This document shows positions 31,547 to 39,195 of a stretch of 64,000 nucleotides of DNA, piece by piece; position 1 is the stretch's first letter; each line of letters begins with the position of its first letter. A model generated the notes under the pieces. The model made no database searches. It was not told the origin of the DNA and was given only the letters and a program-made list of their open reading frames with translations. The DNA lies in NCBI RefSeq assembly GCF_035444425.1, contig NZ_DAOMOQ010000014.1, positions 5,630 through 69,629 of the forward strand, written 5' to 3'. Made by a program: the position numbers and the translations under genes. Source of the DNA: Ottowia sp. (lineage in GTDB: Bacteria > Pseudomonadota > Gammaproteobacteria > Burkholderiales > Burkholderiaceae_C).

Positions 31547-33088
31547 ATGGCAAGCGACGATTTCCCGATTTCCGGCCCCGACTTTGCCTTGGGCGTGGCC
31601 GCCACCGATGTCAAGGACGGCGAGATGCTGCTCGGCCACGCCTATGGCGAGCCGATGATCCTGGTGCGTCGCGGCAGCGAGCTGTTCGCCGTCGGCGCCG
31701 TCTGCACGCACTGGAACGGCCCGCTTGATGAAGGCCTGCTGGTCGACGATACGGTGCGCTGCCCCTGGCACCACGCCGCCTTCAGCCTGCGCACCGGCGA
31801 GGCGGTGCGTGCGCCAGCACTCAAGCCGGTGTCGACCTGGCAGGTCGATGAGGATGACGGTCGTATCTACGTCCGCGATCGCGCACCTGACACTGCGCCG
31901 CCGGCACCCGCCGCCACTACCGGCACGCCGCGCTCGATCGTGATTATCGGCGGCGGCGCCGCCGGCAGCGCCGCCGCCGAGGCGCTGCGCAGCTCCGGCC
32001 ACGAGGGTTCGATCACGATCTTCAGCGCCGACGCCGATGCACCCTGCGACCGCCCCAACCTGTCCAAGTCCTATCTGGACGGCAGCGCGCCCGACGACTG
32101 GGTGCCGCTGCGTCCAGCCGAGTTCTATGCGGAGCAGCGCATCGACCTGCGGCTGAACAGCCGCGTCGGCGCCATCGACACCGCCAGGCGCGAGGTGCAA
32201 CTCGAGGACGGCAGCCGGCACGGCTACGACGCCCTGCTGCTGGCCACCGGCGCCAACCCGGTGCGGCTGCCGCTGCCGGGCGCCGACCTGCCGCACGTGC
32301 ACTACCTGCGCAGCTGGGCCGATGCGCGGAACCTGGTCGCCGCAGCGGCAAAGGCGCGCCGCGCCGTCGTCATCGGCGCCAGCTTCATCGGACTCGAGGT
32401 GGCGGCGTCGCTGCGCAAGCGCGGCCTCGAGGTCGATGTCGTCGGCCGCGAAACCGTGCTGATGGAGCGTGTGCTGGGCGCCCAGGTGGGCGACTTCCTC
32501 AAGCGCCTGCACGAACAGCACGGCGTGCGCTTCCACCTCGGCGTCACGCCGGAATCGATCAGCGAACAGGCGGTCAAGCTGTCCAGCGGCGAGTCGCTGG
32601 CGGCCGACCTGGTGGTGATCGGTGTCGGCGTGCGGCCTGCGCTGGAACTGGCCGAACAGGCCGGCCTGGCGATCGACAAGGGCGTCAAGGTCGACGAGTA
32701 CCTGCAGACCAGCGTGCCGGGCATCTACGCCGCCGGCGACATCGTGCGCTGGCCCGATCCGCACAGCGGCGAGCCGATCCGGGTCGAGCACTGGGTGGTG
32801 GCGCAGCGGCTCGGGCAGGTGGCGGCACACAACATGCTGGGACAGCGCGAGCGCTTCGACATGGTGCCGTTCTTCTGGACCGAGCAGTACGACTTCGGGC
32901 TCGCCTACGTCGGCCACGCCGAGCGCTTCGACGAGATCAAGATCGATGGCGACCTCGACAAGCGCGACTGCCGCATTTCGTACCGCCGGGCCGGCAAGGA
33001 GCTGGCGGCGGCCTTCGTCCACCGCGACCTCGATGGCCTGCGCACCGAGGTCGAGTTCGAGAACGCCCTGGCTGCCGGCCAAGCGTAG
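31547..33088 (+). CDS. Rieske [2Fe-2S] / FAD-dependent pyridine nucleotide-disulfide reductase fusion (AIF-like)
   Basis: CTH...CPWH Rieske ligands, GGGAAG, DRPNLSK, GASFIGLE, YAAGD and VPFFWTEQY; start 31541 or 31547. Confidence 0.88.
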   Translation: MASDDFPISGPDFALGVAATDVKDGEMLLGHAYGEPMILVRRGSELFAVGAVCTHWNGPLDEGLLVDDTVRCPWHHAAFSLRTGEAVRAPALKPVSTWQVDEDDGRIYVRDRAPDTAPPAPAATTGTPRSIVIIGGGAAGSAAAEALRSSGHEGSITIFSADADAPCDRPNLSKSYLDGSAPDDWVPLRPAEFYAEQRIDLRLNSRVGAIDTARREVQLEDGSRHGYDALLLATGANPVRLPLPGADLPHVHYLRSWADARNLVAAAAKARRAVVIGASFIGLEVAASLRKRGLEVDVVGRETVLMERVLGAQVGDFLKRLHEQHGVRFHLGVTPESISEQAVKLSSGESLAADLVVIGVGVRPALELAEQAGLAIDKGVKVDEYLQTSVPGIYAAGDIVRWPDPHSGEPIRVEHWVVAQRLGQVAAHNMLGQRERFDMVPFFWTEQYDFGLAYVGHAERFDEIKIDGDLDKRDCRISYRRAGKELAAAFVHRDLDGLRTEVEFENALAAGQA

Positions 33089-33114
33089 ATGCATCCCGTT
33101 CGAGGAGTTTGACC

Positions 33115-33468
33115 ATGAGCCATGACATGTTTCCCTCCGCCTCGCGCGAGCTGAGCGACAAGCGCGAGCAGCTCACGCCCGATGCGACCGCGGCCTTCAA
33201 GGCCTTCAGCAAGGCCGCATTCGCCGATGGGGCGCTGCCGGCCAAGATGAAGGAGCTGATCGCCGTGGCGGTGGCACACGTGACGCAGTGCCCCTACTGC
33301 ATCCGCGGCCACACCGCCGGCGCGCTGCGCAAGGGCGCGACCGAGCAGGAGATCATGGAAGCCATCTGGGTCGCGTCCGAGATGCGTGCCGGCGCGGCCT
33401 ACGCGCACTCGAACCTGGCGCTCGACGCCATGAACGAGTACGCGGCGCGCCATCCAGCCAAGGGCTGA
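33115..33468 (+). CDS. Carboxymuconolactone decarboxylase/AhpD-family protein
   Basis: KELIAVAVAHVTQCPYCIRGH with CxxC. Confidence 0.9.
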   Translation: MSHDMFPSASRELSDKREQLTPDATAAFKAFSKAAFADGALPAKMKELIAVAVAHVTQCPYCIRGHTAGALRKGATEQEIMEAIWVASEMRAGAAYAHSNLALDAMNEYAARHPAKG

Positions 33469-33490
33469 ACGCCCGCCCCGGCCCACGGCC

Positions 33491-33889
33491 ATGGCCCGCA
33501 TCGCCGCCGCGCGCGTCAAGCTGAAACGCGCCTATGAAGAACCCGCCGCCAGCGACGGCAAGCGGGTCCTGATCGACCGCCTGTGGCCGCGCGGCGTGCG
33601 CAAGGAGGATGCGGCGCTGGATCTGTGGCTGAAGGAGCTCGGCCCCAGCACCCAGCTGCGCAAGTGGTTCGGCCACGACCCCGCGCGCTGGGACGAATTC
33701 CAGCAGCGTTATGCAGAGGAACTGGCGCAGAAACCCGAGTTGATGGCGCAGCTGCGCGGGTTCGCGCGCGACGGCGTGCTGACGCTGGTGTACTCGGCGC
33801 GCGACGAGCAGCACAACGACGCCGTGGTGCTGAGGCAGCTGCTGACCGGCGGCGCGGCTGCCTCTGCCTCCACCGGCAGCAAGCGCTGA
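33491..33889 (+). CDS. DUF488/YeaO-family protein
   Basis: KRAYE..DGKRVLIDRLWPRG, PSTQLRKWFGHDP and TLVYSARDEQHN. Confidence 0.88.
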   Translation: MARIAAARVKLKRAYEEPAASDGKRVLIDRLWPRGVRKEDAALDLWLKELGPSTQLRKWFGHDPARWDEFQQRYAEELAQKPELMAQLRGFARDGVLTLVYSARDEQHNDAVVLRQLLTGGAAASASTGSKR

Positions 33890-33915
33890 TGCCCCGCGCC
33901 GCCCGACGAGCGCGC

Positions 33916-33990
33916 TCAGCCCATCTTCACCGCCGTGCCGGTCACCGACACCAGCATCATGCCGTTGGTCTCGCCCAGCACCTCGTAGTC
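33916..33990 (-). pseudogene. 3' remnant (24 codons) of a YbjQ/UPF0145-like gene truncated by a transposon end
   Basis: Reads DYEVLGETNGMMLVSVTGTAVKMG-stop and abuts the GGGG of the IR at 33991 exactly on a codon boundary. Confidence 0.75.
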
Positions 33991-34028
33991 GGGGTCGTCT
34001 CAGAATTCGGAAAATAAAGCACGTTAAG
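33991..34028. mobile_element. 38-bp terminal inverted repeat of a Tn3-family (Tn21-subgroup) transposon
   Basis: GGGGTCGTCTCAGAATTCGGAAAATAAAGCACGTTAAG; the tnpA stop codon lies inside it. Confidence 0.93.
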
Positions 34029-34574
34029 CCGGTTGCAATGCTCGCAACGGCCTGAACTTGCCCGCGCCGATCTTGGCGCTGCTGCGCCAGAGGTAATCGC
34101 CGGTCAGGTTGATGTGTTCCCAGCCTAGCGGCGATAGGTACTGCAACAGCACATCATCGACGGCATGACCAGTGCCACGTAGCCCGTGTGTCGCCCGCTC
34201 CAAATAGACCGTATTCCACAGTACGATGGCCGCCGTCACCAGGTTGAGGCCGCTGGCCCGGTAGCGCTGCTGCTCGAAACTGCGGTCGCGGATTTCTCCC
34301 AGGCGGTTGAAGAACACGGCGCGCGCCAGTGCGTTGCGCGCTTCACCCTTGTTCAGCCCGGCATGTACGCGGCGGCGCAGTTCGACGCTTTGCAGCCAGT
34401 CCAGAATGAACAGCGTGCGCTCGATGCGCCCCAGCTCGCGCAGCGCTACGGCCAGGCCGTTCTGGCGCGGGTAGCTGCCGAGTTTCCTGAGCATCAGCGA
34501 GGCCGTCACCGTGCCCTGCTTGATCGAGGTGGCCAGCCGCAGGATTTCGTCCCAATGGGCGCGGACGTGCTTGA
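34024..34574 (-). pseudogene. tnpA: C-terminal fragment (about 184 codons) of a Tn3-family transposase
   Basis: [42 protein letters not shown] and [15 protein letters not shown]; interrupted at about 34575. Confidence 0.93.
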
Positions 34575-34682
34575 TGTTGATTTCCACGCAGAAGTGACCC
34601 ACTAACCCCCAGGATTTCCATCCAAACCTGACCCACGTACTAACCCTAACCTGCTGCTTTGTTGAGCAGCAGGAGACCAGGA

Positions 34683-36209
34683 GTGATAGACGTGGCAACA
34701 CTGAGTGTCATCAGGCGCTGGGCCCTGCGAGAGCAGTTGTCCATCCGAGAGATCGCCCGCCGCACGGGCCTCTCGCGCAACACCATCCGCAAGTACCTGC
34801 GCGCAGGCGAGGCCGAGCCGCACTATGCCAAGCGGGTCAGTCCATCCAAGCTCGATCCCTTCGCATCGAAGCTCTCGGGCTGGCTCAAGACGGAAGCTGG
34901 CCGATCCCGCAAGCAGCGGCGTACCGTCAAGCAGATGTACGCTGATCTGCAGGCCCTGGGCTATACCGGCTCCTACAACCGGGTTGCCGCCTTTGCCCGG
35001 CTGTGGCAAGAGCAGCGCGTGGTGGCCCAGCAGACCACCGGCCGCGGCACCTTCGTTCCCCTGGCCTTCGGCCCAGGTGAGGCCTTCCAGTTCGACTGGA
35101 GCGAGGACTGGGCAGTGCTGGCCGGAGTGCGCACCAAGCTGCAAGTGGCCCACTTCAAGCTCAGCCACAGCCGAGCGTTCTACCTGCGCGCCTATCCGCT
35201 GCAGACGCACGAGATGCTGTTTGACGCTCACAACCATGCGTTCGTAGTTCTGGGCGGTGTGCCCCGCCGTGGCATCTACGACAACATGCGCACCGCTGTA
35301 GACCGGGTGCGCCGTGGCAAGGAGCGCGACGTCAATGCGCGCTTTGCGGCCATGGTCAGCCACTTCCTGTTCGAGGCCGAGTTCTGCAATCCCGCGTCGG
35401 GCTGGGAGAAGGGCCAGGTGGAGAAGAACGTGCGCGACGCCCGCCATCGCTTGTGGCAGGTGGTGCCGCCATTCCCAGGCCTGACTGAGCTCAACGCCTG
35501 GCTTGAGGAGCGCTGCGTGGCCTTATGGAATGAGATCGAGCATGGCAAGTTGCCGGGCACCGTCGCGGATGTCTGGGCTCAAGAGAAGGCAACCTTGATG
35601 CCGATGCCTCGGCCCTTCGATGGCTTTGTGGAGCACACCAAGCGCGTCTCGCCCACCTGCTTGGTCCACTTCGAGCGCAACCGCTACAGCGTGCCGGCCC
35701 CGTATGCCAACCGGCCTGTAAGCCTGCGGGTCTACGCAGACCGCTTGGTGATTGCCGCCGAAGGCCAGATCGTGTGCGAGCACCAGCGCCTGATCGAGCG
35801 TAACCACCATGGTGCTGGGCTGACCGTCTACGACTGGCGCCACTACCTGGCGGTGCTGCAGCGCAAGCCCGGAGCCTTGCGCAATGGTGCTCCGTTCCTG
35901 GAGCTACCAGCGGCCTTCAAGCGACTGCAGGCCACCTTGCTCAAGCAACCCGGCGGCGACCGGGAGATGGTGGAGGTTCTGGCACTGGTGCTGCACCACG
36001 ACGAGCAGGCGGTACTCACCGCAGTGGAGCTGGCACTGGAGTCAGGTGCTGCCAGCAAGACCCACATCCTGAACGTGCTCCATCGCCTGCTGGACGGCAA
36101 GCCCGCTCCAGCACCGGTCACTTCGCCCCAGGCCCTCAAGCTGGCGGTGGAACCCCAGGCCAATGTGCTTCGCTACGACCAATTGAGGGAGGTGCGCTAT
36201 GCGTCATGA
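34683..36209 (+). CDS. istA: IS21-family DDE transposase IstA (508 aa)
   Basis: [35 protein letters not shown] and GWEKGQVE. Confidence 0.93.
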   Translation: MIDVATLSVIRRWALREQLSIREIARRTGLSRNTIRKYLRAGEAEPHYAKRVSPSKLDPFASKLSGWLKTEAGRSRKQRRTVKQMYADLQALGYTGSYNRVAAFARLWQEQRVVAQQTTGRGTFVPLAFGPGEAFQFDWSEDWAVLAGVRTKLQVAHFKLSHSRAFYLRAYPLQTHEMLFDAHNHAFVVLGGVPRRGIYDNMRTAVDRVRRGKERDVNARFAAMVSHFLFEAEFCNPASGWEKGQVEKNVRDARHRLWQVVPPFPGLTELNAWLEERCVALWNEIEHGKLPGTVADVWAQEKATLMPMPRPFDGFVEHTKRVSPTCLVHFERNRYSVPAPYANRPVSLRVYADRLVIAAEGQIVCEHQRLIERNHHGAGLTVYDWRHYLAVLQRKPGALRNGAPFLELPAAFKRLQATLLKQPGGDREMVEVLALVLHHDEQAVLTAVELALESGAASKTHILNVLHRLLDGKPAPAPVTSPQALKLAVEPQANVLRYDQLREVRYAS

Positions 36210-36416
36210 CCCTGCCATCGCTTCCATCGTGATCATGTTGCGCGAGCTCAAGATGCACGGTATGGCCCAGGCGGTTGCGGAACTGGCTGAGCAAGGTGCA
36301 CCGGCCTTCGATGCGGCACAGCCCATCCTGTCTCAACTGCTCAAGGCCGAGACCGCCGAGCGGGAGGTGCGCTCGGTAGCCTACCAATTGAAGGTGGCCA
36401 GATTCCCGGCGTACCG
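36199..36416 (+). pseudogene. istB: Truncated IstB (about 73 codons; ATPase domain absent)
   Basis: LRELKMHGMA...EREVRSVAYQLKVARFPAYR, then unrelated sequence; no Walker A motif. Confidence 0.88.
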
Positions 36417-36462
36417 GAGGGTCGGCCGTGATTCCTGCAAAATCCGCAGAAAGGAGGCTAAG
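36417..36462. mobile_element. Putative GAGGG-tipped Tn3-family terminal repeat (TnXax1/Tn4651-like lineage)
   Basis: GAGGGTCGGCCGTGATTCCTGCAAAATCCGCAGAAAGGAGGCTAAG begins exactly where istB homology stops, ends in CTAAG and sits next to tnpT/tnpS. The IR may be longer. Confidence 0.65.
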
Positions 36463-36620
36463 TATTTGATTTAACTAATATTTTTTCAACTGAGTGACCG
36501 TAGCTACCATCCAACGCGCCTTCGACTATGTGCTCAAAGCATTCCATACGCTGTACAGCGTATGGTTGGTGCGCAGCCAGGGCCTGGAGCTTGGAGCGAA
36601 AGCATCGTGCTGTCGCGCTA

Positions 36621-37610
36621 CTAGCGTTTGAGCACGGTCTTCATTTTGGACCGCGTCGCGGGCGTCTCAGTGTTGGCGCCCCCCTTGGGTAGGCGTGCTT
36701 TGAGCTGGACCAATAGGTCAGCCATGTCTTTTTGCAACTGCTCCTGGTGCGAGTGCGCCATCTGCAGATCCTCGCGTGCAGAAAGGATCTCACGGGCCAA
36801 GCCTGCGTTCTCGGCGATCAGGGCGCTGACCTGCACCCGAAGCGACTGGGCTTGCTCGTGCGAATCTGCCAACGACTTGGCCGCTTTTTTATTGTCATCT
36901 GCGAGCAAGAGGGTGACGCGCTTCAGTTCCTGCCGGGTCCTATCGACGTCCTCCAACAGCCGTCGTTCCTGAGCGGAAGCTCGTTGCTCCAGGCGCTCAC
37001 GCTCCTGCCGGTGCTCCTCGTTCAGCGCATTGAGGCGACCACGCTCGGCTTGCAACGCTTGCGTTGCCGCAGCATGCTGGGTGCGCACGGATTCAATGTC
37101 GGCGTCCCTACCCGCCAGCCCTTTTTGGAGGTCGGTGACCTGGCGCATCAGATCGGCGATCTGGTGATCCTTGGCCAGAAGCGCTGCGCCCAGTGCTTCC
37201 GAGCGCTCGTTCAACCGTTGCTGTTCTTGATCCAAGGCTGTTCGCTCGGCAGCGAGCCGCTCTACCAGCTTTTCCAGTGCGTCTCGATCGACCTGTACCG
37301 ATTGCGCCGCCTGCTCCTGGGCATGCTGCTGGGCGCGACCCCACAGCGCCTTGGCCACCCGCAGAACCGGTGCTGGCAGGGCGCCCTGCTCTCCGGTTCC
37401 CTCTTCGCCACCATTCGCGTCCAGTCGCTTGGCCAAAGAGCCGTACCAGGCATCGAGCATGGGCGCCACGGTGTTCGGCGACCCCCGGCCAAGGTACGCG
37501 CGCACGCGCTCGATCGTGGGCCGCTCACCCTGCGAGAGCACCGCATCGGCCGCGGCCCAAACCTCGTCGACCTGGACGCCTCGAGTGACTCTCGTACTTT
37601 TCATTTGCAT
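36621..37610 (-). CDS. tnpT: TnpT-like cointegrate-resolution helper (KfrA-type N-terminal DNA-binding domain plus coiled coil)
   Basis: VWAAADAVLSQGERPTIERVRAYLGRGSPNTV followed by a long E/Q/A/L-rich helical region; divergent from a tyrosine recombinase. Confidence 0.72.
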   Translation of the reverse strand: MQMKSTRVTRGVQVDEVWAAADAVLSQGERPTIERVRAYLGRGSPNTVAPMLDAWYGSLAKRLDANGGEEGTGEQGALPAPVLRVAKALWGRAQQHAQEQAAQSVQVDRDALEKLVERLAAERTALDQEQQRLNERSEALGAALLAKDHQIADLMRQVTDLQKGLAGRDADIESVRTQHAAATQALQAERGRLNALNEEHRQERERLEQRASAQERRLLEDVDRTRQELKRVTLLLADDNKKAAKSLADSHEQAQSLRVQVSALIAENAGLAREILSAREDLQMAHSHQEQLQKDMADLLVQLKARLPKGGANTETPATRSKMKTVLKR

Positions 37611-37637
37611 CGCCCTGCTTCAACGGTTAAATTACCA

Positions 37638-37698
37638 ACGATAAGGGATACTTATCGTGACTTATCGGCCAATTTCGTATCAAATCATACATAGTATG
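37638..37698. promoter_or_regulatory. Putative resolution (res) site between the divergent tnpT and tnpS
   Basis: ACGATAAG-GGATA-CTTATCGT (37638-58), a second ACTTATCG (37660-67) and CATAC-ATA-GTATG (37686-98), in an AT-rich spacer. Confidence 0.65.
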
Positions 37699-38795
37699 TG
37701 CGAGAAATATCCTTCAATCACCCTGCCCTGAACATGCGCCTGCCCATCCTCCAGAAAACCCCGGCCCTGCAGCCGCACGAGTTGAGCGATATGACCGCGC
37801 AGGCCGTGGCCGACCTGCTGCGCGAGGGCGAATCGCTCAACACGCAACTGAGCTACCGCAGCGCACTTCGATATTGGGCCGCCTGGTACGGGATCCGTTA
37901 CGGCGCGCAAATCAGCCTGCCGCTGCCCGCGGCCTGCGTGCTGCAGTTCATCGTCGACCACGCGCAGCGCACCACGCCCAAGGGCTTGGTGCACGAGCTG
38001 CCGGCGAAGATCGACGCCGCCCTGGTCGAGGCCGGCTACAAGGGAAAGACGGGACCGATGGCGCACAACACGCTGGTGCACCGCCTGGCCGTGCTCTCCA
38101 AAGCGCACAAGATGCGCGACGTGAAAAACCCCTGTCAGGACCCCAAGGTGCGCGAGCTGCTCTCGCGCACGCGCAAGGCCTACGCCAAGCGCGGCGAGTT
38201 GCCCAAGAAAAAAGACGCGCTGACCAAGGATCCGCTGCAGCTTGTGCTGGCCACCTGCGACGACACATTGAAAGGGAAGCGTGATCGTGCCCTCCTCCTC
38301 TTTGCTTGGGCCAGTGGTGGGCGCCGGCGCTCCGAAGTGGCCGCGGCCGACGTTAAATTTTTGAAGCGTCTGGCGCGGGGGGAGTTTTCTTACGAGCTCG
38401 CGTTCTCGAAAACGAACCAGAGTGGCGTCGACCGGCCCGAGAACCACAAGCCGGTGCTGGGTGCTGCGGGTGCTGCCCTGGAAGATTGGCTACTGATCAG
38501 CGGGATCCGCGAGGGCGCCCTCTTCCGTCGGGTGCTCAAGGGCGGCCACCTGGGTGGCCCGCTGTCGGCAGCGTCCGTGCGCGACATCGTTCAGGCGCGG
38601 TGTTTGTTGGCGGGTGTTGAGGGGGAGTTTTCTGCGCATTCGCTACGGTCGGGCTTTGTGACGGAAGCTGCCGCACAGAACGTCTCGATCGCTGACACGA
38701 TGGCGATGACAGGCCACCAGTCCGTGGCCGTGGTGCTCGGATACCAGCGCCGCGGTGGGCTTTCCAAAAACCCCGCTTCTAGTCTGCTGGCATAG
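37698..38795 (+). CDS. tnpS: Tyrosine recombinase, TnpS-like resolvase
   Basis: RDRALLLFAWASGGRRRSEV, SKT, HSLRSG, TGH and catalytic Tyr (LGY); the true start may be ATG 37734. Confidence 0.8.
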   Translation: MREISFNHPALNMRLPILQKTPALQPHELSDMTAQAVADLLREGESLNTQLSYRSALRYWAAWYGIRYGAQISLPLPAACVLQFIVDHAQRTTPKGLVHELPAKIDAALVEAGYKGKTGPMAHNTLVHRLAVLSKAHKMRDVKNPCQDPKVRELLSRTRKAYAKRGELPKKKDALTKDPLQLVLATCDDTLKGKRDRALLLFAWASGGRRRSEVAAADVKFLKRLARGEFSYELAFSKTNQSGVDRPENHKPVLGAAGAALEDWLLISGIREGALFRRVLKGGHLGGPLSAASVRDIVQARCLLAGVEGEFSAHSLRSGFVTEAAAQNVSIADTMAMTGHQSVAVVLGYQRRGGLSKNPASSLLA

Positions 38796-38821
38796 GCATC
38801 AGAAATGGGTTTTCAGATCGC

Positions 38822-39081
38822 ATGATTTCCTCTGGCGGACTGGCCCATGCATTCGCCATGGACGCAGCGCAGTCCGAGGCCAAGCAGGTCATTTCGCTGC
38901 AGGGCGGCAAAAGCTCTACGTCTTCAAGGACGGCCTGATGGCGAAGGAAAGCAAGTTTGGACGTGCTATTCATCTCGGCAAGGGTGCCGTCATGCAGACG
39001 GCCGACGGGAAGAGCATCGCGACGATGGGCAACGAAGTCGCGCGTCTGTATGTCTTGCTGAACAAAGGCCATCACAACTGA
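38822..39081 (+). pseudogene. copK: CopK-like periplasmic copper-binding protein, frameshifted, with degenerate N-terminus
   Basis: One frame gives LAHAFA-MDAAQSEAKQVISLQGG; the -1 frame continues KLYVFKDGLMAKESKFG...MGNEVARL...KGHHN; the shift lies near 38905-38915. Confidence 0.7.
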
Positions 39082-39138
39082 GGCTGGCCACCTGCGCTCC
39101 TGCGGTCAAGGCTTCGCTGCATGCGAGCCAGACCTTCA

Positions 39139-39170
39139 AGACCTTCTCGTCAGTTCTGACGAGAAGGTCT
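39139..39170. terminator. Perfect 15-bp inverted repeat between the convergent copK and ATPase genes
   Basis: AGACCTTCTCGTCAG-TT-CTGACGAGAAGGTCT; no long U-tract, so the terminator role is tentative. Confidence 0.5.
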
Positions 39171-39195
39171 CTTCATTTGGACTTCTGCGTCCTAA

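Larger units (their letters stand above)
34575..36416 (+). mobile_element. IS21-family element (IS1326-like), right part missing
   Basis: TG-tipped end TGTTGATTTCCACGCAGAAGTGACCCACT with an internal direct repeat (34579-602 and 34613-636); intact istA; istB cut at about 36416. Confidence 0.88.

Noticed and set aside
34575-34701. N-terminus of the 225-aa track ORF as part of the transposase
   Set aside because: It is read-through into the IS21 left end; only 34024-34574 is TnpA-like.
36417-36474. istB as a complete 91-aa protein
   Set aside because: The last 18 codons come from the adjacent transposon end, and the ATPase domain is absent.
37698-38795. Prophage or ICE integrase
   Set aside because: No phage or conjugation genes and no tRNA att site; the divergent KfrA-like partner and symmetric spacer fit TnpS/TnpT better. 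Not excluded without a phylogeny.
38755-39081. 108-aa track ORF as an intact gene
   Set aside because: Its first half overlaps tnpS and is not CopK-like; treated as a frameshifted pseudogene.
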